Shown here: positions 1 through 9,682 of the stretch, piece by piece
Position numbering within the stretch: position 1 is the first letter of the stretch
Layout of the letters: every line of letters starts with the position of its first letter
From: Alphaproteobacteria bacterium
GTDB lineage: Bacteria; Pseudomonadota; Alphaproteobacteria; UBA11136
Assembly: GCA_016776635.1 (NCBI GenBank)
Contig: JADHSZ010000006.1
Coordinates: 10,629 to 74,628, forward strand
Direction of reading: 5' to 3'
DNA length: 64,000 nt
Notes under the pieces: generated by a model
What the model saw: only the letters and a program-made list of their open reading frames with translations
The model's database searches: none
What the model was told of the DNA's origin: nothing
Position numbers and translations under genes: made by a program

Positions 1-2
1 CC

Positions 3-398
3 AAGTCTGGCATCTATTCACAGTTCGAGGTACAGCGCGGTTTGCCGATCCAGCTGTTGATGAAATATTTCACCCAGGACGGCGACAAATGGCGTATCGA
101 CCCCTCATTGGGCACCGATATCACGTACCGGGAATTCAATCTTCTGGGATCGCCCACGGGGTTGGGACAATTCGACGTAGTTTTCTGCCGTAACGTCCTG
201 ATCTATTTTGACCAGGACACCAAGGGCGAGGTGCTGGATCGTATTTCTTCACAGATGTCCGATGACGGGGCGTTGTATCTCGGCGGCGCCGAGACCGTTC
301 TCGGTGTATCCGATAAGTTCAAGCCGGTGCCGGGCCAGCGCGGTCTTTACAGCCTCGACCCTGATGCTTACAGCGGCGCCGAACAGGCTGCATCCTGA
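3..398 (+). CDS. cheR: Chemotaxis methyltransferase CheR, C-terminal part (truncated by window edge)
   Basis: Frame open from base 3 (KSGIYSQFEVQRGLP...); FDVVFCRNVLIYFD and LYLGGAET CheR motifs. Confidence 0.93.
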   Translation, partial: KSGIYSQFEVQRGLPIQLLMKYFTQDGDKWRIDPSLGTDITYREFNLLGSPTGLGQFDVVFCRNVLIYFDQDTKGEVLDRISSQMSDDGALYLGGAETVLGVSDKFKPVPGQRGLYSLDPDAYSGAEQAAS

Positions 399-425
399 AA
401 AAAAGCGCCTTTAGGCGCTTTTTTT
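398..425. terminator. Bidirectional intrinsic terminator between convergent cheR and ctrA
   Basis: AAAAAAAGCGCC-TTTA-GGCGCTTTTTTT perfect hairpin with A and T tails; overlaps the ctrA stop codon. Confidence 0.85.
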
Positions 426-1124
426 CTGCGATTCCTGGTCCGCTTCCTCGTCGGGGTCGCGCAACACATAGCCCCGCCCCCAGACGGTCTCGATATAATT
501 AACGCCATCGGTGGCCTGGGACAGTTTCTTGCGCAGCTTGCAAACGAAGACATCGATGATTTTCAGTTCCGGCTCGTCCATACCGCCATAGAGATGGTTG
601 AGAAACATCTCTTTGGTCAGGGTCGTGCCCTTACGCAGGGAAAGCAGCTCGAGAATACCGTATTCCTTTCCCGTCAGGTGGATGGAGCGGCCGTTAACCT
701 CCACCGTGCGGGCATTGAGGTTGATCGTCAGCATGCCGGTCTTGATGACCGATTCGGGATGCCCGTGCGAACGCCGTATGATGGCGTGAATGCGGGCGAT
801 CAGTTCCTCTCTGTCGAAGGGTTTGGTGAGATAGTCATCGGCGCCGAAACCCAGGCCCTTGACCTTGTTGTCGGGCTCGCTCAGGCCTGAGAGGATGAGA
901 ATGGTGGTGGAGACCTTGGACGCCCTGAGCCGGCGCAGAACCTCGTAGCCGTCCATGTCGGGCAGCATCAGGTCGAGAATGATGATGTCATAGTCGTAGA
1001 GTTTCCCGATCTCAAGGCCGTCTTCGCCGAGATCAGTGGAATCCACAACGAACCCCTCCGGCTTCAGCATCAGCTCAATGCTTTTGGAGACGCTCTTGTC
1101 ATCTTCAACCAGAAGTACGCGCAT
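411..1124 (-). CDS. ctrA: Cell-cycle/flagellar master response regulator CtrA
   Basis: MRVLLVEDD...[22 protein letters not shown]; [52 protein letters not shown]; [10 protein letters not shown]. Confidence 0.97.
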   Translation of the reverse strand: MRVLLVEDDKSVSKSIELMLKPEGFVVDSTDLGEDGLEIGKLYDYDIIILDLMLPDMDGYEVLRRLRASKVSTTILILSGLSEPDNKVKGLGFGADDYLTKPFDREELIARIHAIIRRSHGHPESVIKTGMLTINLNARTVEVNGRSIHLTGKEYGILELLSLRKGTTLTKEMFLNHLYGGMDEPELKIIDVFVCKLRKKLSQATDGVNYIETVWGRGYVLRDPDEEADQESQKKSA

Positions 1125-1156
1125 GGTAGGTTCCCAACAACTTTTCTCTAAAGCTG

Positions 1157-1271
1157 TTAACCATTTGGCTACATTTGACCACAGTAGTAAAGTAGGAAGT
1201 TAAGGTTTATTAACCAAGAATAAAGTCTTTCCCCTCATACTTTAGGCGTAATTTTCGACGTATTCTTAACC
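1157..1271. promoter_or_regulatory. AT-rich divergent ctrA/fliI promoter with CtrA-type sites
   Basis: TTAACCAT at 1157-1164, TTAA-GGTTTA-TTAACC at 1200-1215 (6-bp spacer), TTAACC at 1266-1271. Confidence 0.6.
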
Positions 1272-1341
1272 GTAGCCCCAGGCGCGGGGAGGGTGCGTAT
1301 GAGAAATTTCCTCGGTGGAAAACCGGCTGACAGGACTGAAT

Positions 1342-2748
1342 ATGGCGCTTTCACTGAATAATCTGGTAACCACACTGGACCGTGTTCCCGAATTCCGCCT
1401 GTTCGGGCGGGTTACAGCGGTACAGGGGCTTCTTATTGAAGTTGGCGGTGTGGAGCGCACCCTGTCGGTGGGCGCCCGTTGTCACGTGGTGACAACCACA
1501 GAGGAGCGCGTGACCTGTGAGGTGGTCGGTTTTCGTAATGATCGCGCCCTGTTGATGCCGTTTCAGTCGGTGGACGGAATCGGCCTTGGCTGCCGCGCCG
1601 AGGTGGGTGAATCCCATCCTCACGTGAGTCCTTCCGATGACTGGCTGGGCCGCGTCATCAACGCCATGGGCGAGCCCATTGACGGCGGCCCGCCTCTGCA
1701 CAAGGGACACCGTAAATACCGTATCCGCACCGCGCCGCCGCCGGCTCATTCCCGCCAGCGGGTCGAGGGCAAGGTGGATCTGGGCATTCGCGCCCTCAAC
1801 ACCTTCGTCACCTGTTGCAAGGGACAGCGCCTCGGCATTTTTTCCGGCTCCGGCGTGGGCAAATCCATAATGCTGTCCATGATGGCCCGCAATACCACCA
1901 TGGACGTTTCCGTCATCGGCCTGATCGGCGAACGGGGACGCGAGGTGCAGGAGTTCATCGAGGACAATCTCGGCCCCGAAGGGCTGGCGCGCAGCGTGGT
2001 GGTGGTGGCCACCTCCGATGAATCGCCGCTGTTGCGTCATCAGGCGGCGCTCATGACCATGACCGTGGCCGAATATTTCCGCGACCAGGAGAAGGATGTT
2101 CTCTGTCTTATGGACAGTATTACGCGTTTTGCCATGTCGCAGCGTGAAATCGGCCTTTCGGCGGGAGAACCGCCCACCACCAAGGGCTATCCGCCTACCG
2201 TTTTTGCCGAATTGCCGAAATTGCTGGAACGGGCCGGTCCGGGAATCGGCAAGGGCAGCATCACCGGCCTGTTTACGGTTCTGGTGGAAGGTGACGATCA
2301 CAGCGAACCGGTCGCCGATGCCCTGCGCGCCATTCTCGACGGGCATATTGTTCTTGAGCGCAGCATCGCCGAACGCGGCCGTTACCCGGCGGTGGATATC
2401 CTGCGCAGCATTTCGAGAAGTCTCCCCGACTGTAATGCCGATGATGAGAATGCGCTTCTCACCCGGGCCAAGGAATTGATCTCGGCCTATGAGGACATGG
2501 CCGAAATGATCCGTCTCGGCGCCTATCGCCACGGCAGTGATCCCAGAACCGACGAGGCCATCGCCTATTACGCCATGCTTGACGGTTTCCTGGCCCAGGG
2601 GATATGGGAAACCTGTTCCCTGGATGAGGGATACGCCCAGCTTGCGGAGATTCTCAACAGTAATCCCGCCGCCATGGCGGAAGGGGATGCGGTCCCGGAA
2701 GCCGCAGGACCGGCGGGCGCCGCGGCTCAGGCGGGTAGCGCTGAATGA
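1342..2748 (+). CDS. fliI: Flagellar export ATPase FliI
   Basis: Walker A GSGVGKS, LIGERGREV, MDSITRFAMSQREIGLSAGEPPTTKGYPP; ATG 1342 preferred over GTG 1315. Confidence 0.96.
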   Translation: MALSLNNLVTTLDRVPEFRLFGRVTAVQGLLIEVGGVERTLSVGARCHVVTTTEERVTCEVVGFRNDRALLMPFQSVDGIGLGCRAEVGESHPHVSPSDDWLGRVINAMGEPIDGGPPLHKGHRKYRIRTAPPPAHSRQRVEGKVDLGIRALNTFVTCCKGQRLGIFSGSGVGKSIMLSMMARNTTMDVSVIGLIGERGREVQEFIEDNLGPEGLARSVVVVATSDESPLLRHQAALMTMTVAEYFRDQEKDVLCLMDSITRFAMSQREIGLSAGEPPTTKGYPPTVFAELPKLLERAGPGIGKGSITGLFTVLVEGDDHSEPVADALRAILDGHIVLERSIAERGRYPAVDILRSISRSLPDCNADDENALLTRAKELISAYEDMAEMIRLGAYRHGSDPRTDEAIAYYAMLDGFLAQGIWETCSLDEGYAQLAEILNSNPAAMAEGDAVPEAAGPAGAAAQAGSAE

Positions 2749-3167
2749 AGGGGCTGTTAAACCTGATCCGTGTTCACCGCTGGCGGCTGGATGAAAAGCG
2801 CCGTGAGCTTGTGGAACTGGAACTTCTGGCCGAAGACCTGGTCAATCAGGGACGGCAGCTGGAAATAAATCTCAAGGACGAACAGGCCCTGGCCAGGACC
2901 GATGTGGAAAGCGGGTTTACCTATGGTGGATACGCCCGGTCGGTTATCGAGCGCAGGGAAAAACTCGCCGATTCCCTGGACCAGATTGGCGAGAGGATAT
3001 CCACGGCCAATGATGAAGTGCAGGAGTTGTTCCGGGAGGTGAAGAGTTACGAGATTCTCCAGGAGACCAGCGAGCGCAAGGCCGAGGAAAAGGAAGCCAG
3101 GATGGAGCAGGAAACGCTCGACGAACTGGGCGGCGAGGTCTTCAGGCGCCGCCGCAAGGCGGTGTAA
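2745..3167 (+). CDS. fliJ: Flagellar export chaperone FliJ
   Basis: 140-aa coiled coil coupled to fliI by ATGA; LIRVHRWRLDEKRR start and EQETLDE end typical of alpha FliJ. Confidence 0.85.
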   Translation: MKGLLNLIRVHRWRLDEKRRELVELELLAEDLVNQGRQLEINLKDEQALARTDVESGFTYGGYARSVIERREKLADSLDQIGERISTANDEVQELFREVKSYEILQETSERKAEEKEARMEQETLDELGGEVFRRRRKAV

Positions 3168-3178
3168 GACGCGTTCTA

Positions 3179-3221
3179 CCCCCTTGGGGGTACGTTACCC
3201 CCCCAAAGGGGGGTGTTTTTC
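3179..3221 (+). terminator. Imperfect GC hairpin with T tail after fliJ
   Basis: CCCCCTTGGGGG-TACGTTA-CCCCCCCAAAGGGGGG followed by TGTTTTT, between convergent genes. Confidence 0.5.
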
Positions 3222-3228
3222 CAGGATT

Positions 3229-3654
3229 TTAATAGCGGCGGAGTCCGTCGAGAAGGGGCCGGTTGTCCCATTGCGGCTGGCGGTCCTCAACGGTGATGCT
3301 GTGACCGGCGAGGGCACTGCCGGAGTTGGCGTCGGTGGTGACGGTAATCCGGGTCCAGCGGGCCACCAGCTCGTTATTCACGTCATCCTGTATGGCCACG
3401 GCAATATCTTCCGGCGAAGGCCAGGCGCGTCCCCCCAGCGCCCGCGTATAGTCGAGAAACGACTCCGCGTCGAGAATCTGTTTGTCGGGGACATAGCGCA
3501 GCAGAACGTTTCCCGACCATCCATCGGGGGGACTGTCGACCCGGCTTTCCAGGGTCACTACATAATCCGTAGTCACCCCGGGATTGGGGGAGACGGACAG
3601 AAGCTCCCGGCGTTTAAGCGGATCGTAGATAAGGGCGCTGCTGTTGTCTGTCAT
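3229..3654 (-). CDS. Hypothetical QueF-like (T-fold) protein lacking the catalytic motif
   Basis: L..SPNP...DYVV, LRYVPDKQILDAESF, EDIAVAIQDDVNNELVARW parallel type-1 QueF (PN...DY, ISYIPD..VESKSL, EDC...I.NDL...DPRY); no CP..GQPD. Confidence 0.6.
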   Translation of the reverse strand: MTDNSSALIYDPLKRRELLSVSPNPGVTTDYVVTLESRVDSPPDGWSGNVLLRYVPDKQILDAESFLDYTRALGGRAWPSPEDIAVAIQDDVNNELVARWTRITVTTDANSGSALAGHSITVEDRQPQWDNRPLLDGLRRY

Positions 3655-3694
3655 TATGGTTTGTTCCCTGGAGTCTTATGGCGCGGGGGATGTC

Positions 3695-5020
3695 TTATAC
3701 GGTGACGCCCAGCGTGCTTTCGGCCGATGTGACGGAGGTTTCATCAACCGGGATGGAGACGAAGTCGCGCGTCACCTGAAAATTTACCAGCCCCGTATAT
3801 CCGGTTATTTCAAGAGAATTGGTGAAAATCGTGTTGATGTCCCCGTGCATGGCATGGGGAAGCGCTTGGTGGCTGCGAATGATCAGCTCGAAGACTTGGG
3901 GTTTGACGAGGCCGTCGAACTGGAGCTGGCCCAGCTTGCTCAGTTCAATATCAAGCAGAAACCGGGTGTAACTCTCCTGATCTTCCTCTTCTTCATCCTG
4001 TTTGCGGTGCTTTTTGGTGAAAAGACGGACCATGTTGAGCAGTTTACCGTCGAAAACCGGGATCATATAACTGCGCCATTCACTGGAACCGGGCTCACCG
4101 GCCAGCTTCGAGAGTTGGGCGAAGTCCTCGCCGAGACGGTTGAGAAGATCGCGTCTTCCCGCGCCTTCCAGGGTATTGATTGTCACCAGCCCCATCCATT
4201 TCTGGAGTTCGCCGCCGCGCAGGGCGGCGAGAAGAAAGAGCATGCTGGTGGTGAATTCCATCCCCGGGCGCGGCAGCACGGTGTTTATGAACTGTTGTCC
4301 GGCGGCGGCGTCAATTTGCGCCAGCGCGGCCATGGCCTCCCTCAGCGCCGGCCAGTCACGTAGACCTGAGAACAGGGGAGAGTGCAGGAGGGCGCCGGTG
4401 GACGCACCCGCCGCCGCTGGTCTCGCCCCGGTCCCCAGAATTTCCAGGGCCACCAGGCTGTTGCGGGGCAGGGGGGCCTTTTCGGCCAGGAGAAGCAGCC
4501 CCAGCGGAGTCTGTATATAGGGCTGGCCGGCGTTGTTGGTGCCGGTGACGGTTCCCGCCACCAGGGGCGTTCCCGCCGGGCGCGATTGCGCCATGTTCTG
4601 TAACAGAACCGCGGGGTCGCTCTTGGGGGCCGCATCCACGGTAATCAGACGCAGGCTGATCTGGCTTCCGCGCTCGGTGGTGGCGGTGGCGCTTTGCGTT
4701 CCGCTCTCAGGCGTTGCCGCCGGGGTGGCTGGGGTCTGGACCGGTGTCTGTGTGCTACCTGCGGCGCTTGCTCCGGCGGGCGTTCCCGCGGCCGCGGAGA
4801 GGGTGGCGGCCAGCGATGGCGGCAGGGTGCCGGTGACGGCGCCGGTCAACGGACCAAGGGCGTTGGGTGGTGTGCTGCTGATGACCGATGCGGTGAGAAT
4901 ACTGCCGCTGGTAACCACCGAGGGAGCCCTGGCCGCGCCTGGAGTTCCGGCTGTCGCGGCGTTTCCGCCAGGAGCACCTGTGGCACCGGCGGCGCCCGGT
5001 GTCGCCGCCGCCACCGCCAT
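3695..5020 (-). CDS. FliK-C-like (hook-length-control-like) Ala/Thr/Pro-rich protein, apparently 5'-truncated at the ~5010 junction
   Basis: C-terminal WRSYMIPV...TRFLLDIELSKLGQLQFDGLV...FELIIRS resembles FliK C-domain; ORF portion 5021-5683 is the antisense shadow of fliH. Confidence 0.55.
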   Translation of the reverse strand: MAVAAATPGAAGATGAPGGNAATAGTPGAARAPSVVTSGSILTASVISSTPPNALGPLTGAVTGTLPPSLAATLSAAAGTPAGASAAGSTQTPVQTPATPAATPESGTQSATATTERGSQISLRLITVDAAPKSDPAVLLQNMAQSRPAGTPLVAGTVTGTNNAGQPYIQTPLGLLLLAEKAPLPRNSLVALEILGTGARPAAAGASTGALLHSPLFSGLRDWPALREAMAALAQIDAAAGQQFINTVLPRPGMEFTTSMLFLLAALRGGELQKWMGLVTINTLEGAGRRDLLNRLGEDFAQLSKLAGEPGSSEWRSYMIPVFDGKLLNMVRLFTKKHRKQDEEEEDQESYTRFLLDIELSKLGQLQFDGLVKPQVFELIIRSHQALPHAMHGDINTIFTNSLEITGYTGLVNFQVTRDFVSIPVDETSVTSAESTLGVTV

Positions 5021-5636
5021 CACCCGGAAGATACTCCCCGGTCTGGCCCGCATACATGCCCTGGACGAGGTGTCCCACATCATTGTTTCCTGTCTCGACC
5101 ATATTCTCGACGAGCCGCGCATCGTGGTCCGCGTCAACGAACAGATGCTCCTGCCCCTGCGCGACCGCGTGGACGACATCGCCACCCAGGCCGGATACAA
5201 CGGGAGAATCACCCTGCTGGCCGGCGAAGGCATTGAACTCGGTGACTGCCGGGTGGAATGGTCCGACGGGTTTGCCGACCGCGACGAAGCCGATATCTGG
5301 AAAGAAATTGACAAAATCATCGACGCCTTCCTGCGGGGTGAGGATGACGACGACAGCGGCGATGGCGCCACACCCGCGGATGACGCCGGGAATACGGCCC
5401 CGGAAATGGCCCCGGAAACAATCCAGGACGCAATGCCCGAAGCCCAGAATGAAGCACAGGAACAAGGCGACGACCCCGCGTCAGGCGAAGACGTGGGGAA
5501 TGGAGATGATGCGAACTCATCGACGGTGGCAGCCGCAGAGCCAGTGCCACCGCCCTCACCGGCCACTCCGCCGGATGAAGTAACAGAAGACGAAACCGAC
5601 GTTGCAAGCGGCAACGAACAGCCATTGGGAGACTGA
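5001..5636 (+). pseudogene. fliH: FliH C-terminal fragment with no N-terminus or own start
   Basis: AITRKILPGLA...LDEPRIVVRVNE...LGDCRVEWSDGFADRD...IDKIIDAFL is the alpha FliH C-domain; the upstream frame is antisense of the FliK-like gene. Confidence 0.75.
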
Positions 5637-5637
5637 T

Positions 5638-6294
5638 ATGTCCGATACCACGGAAACCACCGAAGAAGCGGCGGCCGAAACACCGGAGGCCCCGCCCACA
5701 GAAGAAGCGTCCGCGGAAGCGCCGCCGGAAAACGGAGATGCCGCCGCGCCCGCGGATGATGACCAGAAGCTGGAACTGGCGGAACTCGAGGAAGAGACGC
5801 CGTCGGAGGCAGCCGCTGAAGATGCTCCCGACCCTGGCGGTGACATGGTCGATATGGCTGCGGCCATGGACCTGGATGAACCCCGCGACCCGGTCAAGGA
5901 ACTGGACGACCATGCCGAGCCCGTCACCTTCGTCAATCTGCAATACGGCGACATTTCTGCCGACCGCGCGGCATTTAAGGAAAATACCGGCGTGGACATG
6001 ATCCATGACGAGACCATCGAAGCGCTCAAAGACATGGACGGATTCGCCGCTCAGATATCGGCCATGGATTTGGTAGTCTCCATCGGCAATTCCACGGTGG
6101 AAATCGCGGGTGCCTTGGGAGTTCCGGTGTGGACGCTGGTTCAGTTTGAGCCCAAATGGGTATGGATGCTGGAACGCGGACACAGCCCCTGGTATCCCTC
6201 CATGCACCTTTATCGCCAGAGCGCACATGGCGACTGGGAGAGCATTATGGATCGCATGGCCGGGGATTTACGGAAAATGGCGGAACCCTCATGA
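5638..6294 (+). pseudogene. Chimeric ORF: FliN-like acidic N-terminus fused in frame to the last ~125 aa of a TPR-glycosyltransferase
   Basis: Follows fliH as fliN would; acidic leader to PRDPVKELD, then abruptly VTFVNLQYGD...DMDGFAAQISAMDL...SPWYPSMHLYRQ matching downstream GT paralogs; SpoA domain absent. Confidence 0.6.
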
Positions 6295-7952
6295 GCCGCA
6301 AGAAACGTTCGGCAAAAACCCTGAAACAGGCGCATAAACCGGGCCGTAAGCAGGGCGGCGGCGCGGTTGTGAGCGCCCAGCTCCAGCAGATACCTGTGTT
6401 GCAGCAACAGGGGAAGCTGGCGGAAGCGCTGCAACTGGCCCAGGGCATTCTCGCACACCAGCCCCATAATCCCGATGCGCTCTATTACGCCGGCACGCTG
6501 GCCTACCGGTTGGGCCATGTGGACCAGGCCATCGCCACCATGGAGACGGCGGTGGCGGCGAACCCAAAGGATTTCGAATCCTTCAGCGCTCTGGGCGTCA
6601 TGTTGAAAGCGGCGGGAAAACCCGACGAGGCCGAGGCCGCCTTTGGCCGCTCCCTAAAAATCAACCCCGGCTTCGCCGACGCCCATAACAACCTTGGCAA
6701 CCTTCTTCAGTCACTGGAAAAACACGAGGAGGCCATCGAATCCTATGATCGCGCCGCCCGGCTCAAACCCGACTATATGGATGTCCATTACAATCTGGGC
6801 ATTTCCCTCCATGCCTTGGGCAGGATGGATGACGCTCTCCAGTCTTATGAAAAGGCCCTCTCGCTTCACCCCGGTCTTGCCGAGGCCCACAACAACCGGG
6901 GCCGGGTACTGGAAGCCCTGGGGCGTTTTGATGAGGCCGAGGCGGCCTATCGCCAGGCCATGGCGCTGAGTCCCGACTATGCCGATGCCCACAGCAATCT
7001 GGGCATGGTGCTGTTGCTCACGGGCCGGTTCGCCGAAGGCTGGGCCGAGCATGAATGGCGCTGGAAAGCCGAAAAACTGGGCCTGAAGAAGCGTCCCTTT
7101 ATGCAAGCTCCCTGGGACGGCTCGCCGTTGTCCGGAAAAACCATTCTGGTCTGGGGCGAACAGGGCATCGGCGATGAACTTCGCTACGCCGGATTTATTC
7201 CCGATCTGACCCAGCAGGGCGCCACCGTAGTGGTGGAATGCGATCCCCGTCTGGCGCCCCTGTTCGCCCGCTCTTTCGTTGGCGTGGAAAGTATTCCCCG
7301 CGTCAACCCGCCACATCCCCGGCTGTTCTCCGACGATATTGATTTCCAGAGTTCCATGGGTGGACTGGCCCGCTACCTGCGCCCGGATATGGAGAGTTTT
7401 CCCCGACATGAGGGCTATCTCAAAGCCGATGCGGAACAGGTGACGGAACTGCGGAAACGCTATGGCGGAGGCGGGGAAAAACTGCTTGTGGGAATCTCCT
7501 GGTACAGTTCGGTGACGATTCTCGACATCAAATGGCCGGCACTGGCGGCGTGGTCGCCGCTGCTCTCGGTGCCGGGGGGAATCACCTTTGTGGATCTTCA
7601 GTACGGGAACAGAGAAAGCGACCGCGCGGCCTTCCTCGGGAATACGGGCGTGGACATGATCCATGATGGGTCCATCGACCCGCTCAAAGACATGGATGGC
7701 TTCGCCGCTCAGGTGGCGGCCATGGATCTGGTGGTCTCCATCGGCAACTCAACGGTGGAGACGGCCGGCGCCCTGGGCGTGCCAACATGGTCCCTGATCC
7801 AGCGTCACTACAACTGGGTATGGTTGCTGGAACGCGAACACAGCCCCTGGTATCCCAGCCTGCGCCTTTATCGCCAGAGTGAACGCGGTGAGTGGGAGAG
7901 CGTGATAGAGGAGGTGGCCCAGGCCCTTCAGCGCAAGGCGGCGGAGAGATGA
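6291..7952 (+). CDS. TPR + GT-B glycosyltransferase, FlmG/FlbA-like, paralog 1
   Basis: Start MSRKKRSAK at ATGA overlap; multiple TPRs (AHNNLG); WGEQGIGDE, ECDPRLAPLFARSF, VDLQYG, FAAQVAAMDLVVS. Confidence 0.85.
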   Translation: MSRKKRSAKTLKQAHKPGRKQGGGAVVSAQLQQIPVLQQQGKLAEALQLAQGILAHQPHNPDALYYAGTLAYRLGHVDQAIATMETAVAANPKDFESFSALGVMLKAAGKPDEAEAAFGRSLKINPGFADAHNNLGNLLQSLEKHEEAIESYDRAARLKPDYMDVHYNLGISLHALGRMDDALQSYEKALSLHPGLAEAHNNRGRVLEALGRFDEAEAAYRQAMALSPDYADAHSNLGMVLLLTGRFAEGWAEHEWRWKAEKLGLKKRPFMQAPWDGSPLSGKTILVWGEQGIGDELRYAGFIPDLTQQGATVVVECDPRLAPLFARSFVGVESIPRVNPPHPRLFSDDIDFQSSMGGLARYLRPDMESFPRHEGYLKADAEQVTELRKRYGGGGEKLLVGISWYSSVTILDIKWPALAAWSPLLSVPGGITFVDLQYGNRESDRAAFLGNTGVDMIHDGSIDPLKDMDGFAAQVAAMDLVVSIGNSTVETAGALGVPTWSLIQRHYNWVWLLEREHSPWYPSLRLYRQSERGEWESVIEEVAQALQRKAAER

Positions 7953-9682
7953 GCGGCGACACCCCCTCTCCGGGCGCTTCCACGGCGGCCTCTCTTCTAC
8001 AGGAAGCGCTGGGTCATCATGGCGCGGGCCGCATGACCGAGGCGGCGGAACTGTACAGTCGGGTATTGAAGGCCGAGCCGGAGAACCCCGACGCCCTGCA
8101 TTTGTATGGCGCGCTACGCTATCAGGAAGGCGCGCTGGAAGAAGCGCTCTCCCTGGTGGACCGCGCCATCGCCCTTATGCCGGAGGCGGCGGACTATCAT
8201 AATACGCGGGGCCTGGTGCTGCGGGGTCTGGAGCGCCTCGACGAAGCGGAATCCGCTCTGGAACGGGCGCTGGAAATCGCCCCGGATCACGGCGAGGCGC
8301 GGGCCAATCTGGGGGCGGCGTTGACCAGACGCGCCGACCGTCTTCTCGAAGAGGAAGCCCATAAGGAGGCACAGGCCCTGTGCCGCCGGGTTGTGGAACT
8401 GACTCCGGACAACGCCACGGCCCACAACAATCTGGGCAAGGCCCTGACGGCGGCGGGTAAGGACGGGGATGCGGTGGCGGCCTTTGACCGTGCGGCCGGG
8501 CTGGATTCCTCCTTTGCCGCAGCTCATTACAATCTCGGCACCCTGTTACAGAAGAGGGGCGAGTCGCAACGGGCGGTGACGGTTCTGGGACGGGCGGTGG
8601 AGATTGATCCCGATTACGCCGAGGCGTGGAGCAATCTGGGGCAGGCGTGGCAGTCCCTGGGCCGTCATGAAGAAGCTATGGCCGCATTCAACCGCGCCAT
8701 CGAGCTGAATCCCGAATGTGCCGATACCCATGCCAACCTTGCCCTGCTATTTCTTCTCACCGGTAATCTCGAGGAGGGCTGGGCCGAGCATGAATGGCGC
8801 TGGCGCAAAACATCCATGCAGCAACGCCCCTTTCCTCAACCTCCATGGGACGGCACCCCTCTTGATGGCAAGACCATTCTGCTCTGGGGCGAACAGGGGG
8901 TGGGCGACCAGCTCATGTTCGCGGGCCAGATTGCCGATTTGCAGGCCCAAGGCGCGGCCGTCATCCTCGAGGCCGATCCCCGCCTGGCGCCCTTGTTCGC
9001 GCGCTCTTTCCCGCACATCGAGGTGGTGGCCAAAGCCGACCCGCCCGATGCGCAACTGCTCTCGGACGGGATTGATTTCCAGGTGCCGCTGGGCGGGCTC
9101 GCCCGGTATTTACGCGCCGATGCGAAGAGCTTCCCCCAACACGAAGGCTATCTCAAAGCCGATCCCGACCAGACCCAGGCGTTGCGGGAACGCTACAAGG
9201 GAGATGGCGGCAATCTTCTGGTGGGTATCTCCTGGGGCAGCACCGATCCCAAACGCCCGGAGAAGGCGCTGGCCCTTGGCGGTTGGAAACCGCTGCTGGA
9301 GGAGCCTGGCGTGACGTTGGTGGATCTGCAATACGGAGACACGGCGGATGAGCGCGCGGCTCTGGCCTCCGAGACCGGCATGGAGATTCTCCATGACGGG
9401 GAGATCGATCCGCTTTCCGACCTCGATGGTTTCGCCGCCCAGGTGGCGGCCATGGATGTGACCGTCTCCATCTGTAACTCCACCATCTTCATGGCCGGAG
9501 CGCTGGGGGTGCCGGGCCGGGTGCTGGTGCCCTTCGCGCCGGGCTGGATCTGGGGGTTGGATCGCGAGGACAACCCTTGGTTCCCGAGCCTGCGCCTCAT
9601 TCGCCAGGAAAAGCGCGGCGACTGGGCAGGCGTCATGGAACGGGTGGCGCAAGAGCTGGCCCGCAGGGTGGCGGCGTCATGA
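7949..9682 (+). CDS. TPR + GT-B glycosyltransferase, paralog 2
   Basis: ATGA overlap, start MSGDTPS; TPRs; WGEQGVGDQ, VDLQYG, FAAQVAAMD, PWFPSLRLIRQ. Confidence 0.85.
   Translation: MSGDTPSPGASTAASLLQEALGHHGAGRMTEAAELYSRVLKAEPENPDALHLYGALRYQEGALEEALSLVDRAIALMPEAADYHNTRGLVLRGLERLDEAESALERALEIAPDHGEARANLGAALTRRADRLLEEEAHKEAQALCRRVVELTPDNATAHNNLGKALTAAGKDGDAVAAFDRAAGLDSSFAAAHYNLGTLLQKRGESQRAVTVLGRAVEIDPDYAEAWSNLGQAWQSLGRHEEAMAAFNRAIELNPECADTHANLALLFLLTGNLEEGWAEHEWRWRKTSMQQRPFPQPPWDGTPLDGKTILLWGEQGVGDQLMFAGQIADLQAQGAAVILEADPRLAPLFARSFPHIEVVAKADPPDAQLLSDGIDFQVPLGGLARYLRADAKSFPQHEGYLKADPDQTQALRERYKGDGGNLLVGISWGSTDPKRPEKALALGGWKPLLEEPGVTLVDLQYGDTADERAALASETGMEILHDGEIDPLSDLDGFAAQVAAMDVTVSICNSTIFMAGALGVPGRVLVPFAPGWIWGLDREDNPWFPSLRLIRQEKRGDWAGVMERVAQELARRVAAS

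Noticed and set aside
3695-5683. 662-aa minus ORF and 367-aa plus ORF (4533-5636) as long overlapping bidirectional genes
   Set aside because: Each ORF is half real gene and half antisense shadow of the other across the ~5010 junction
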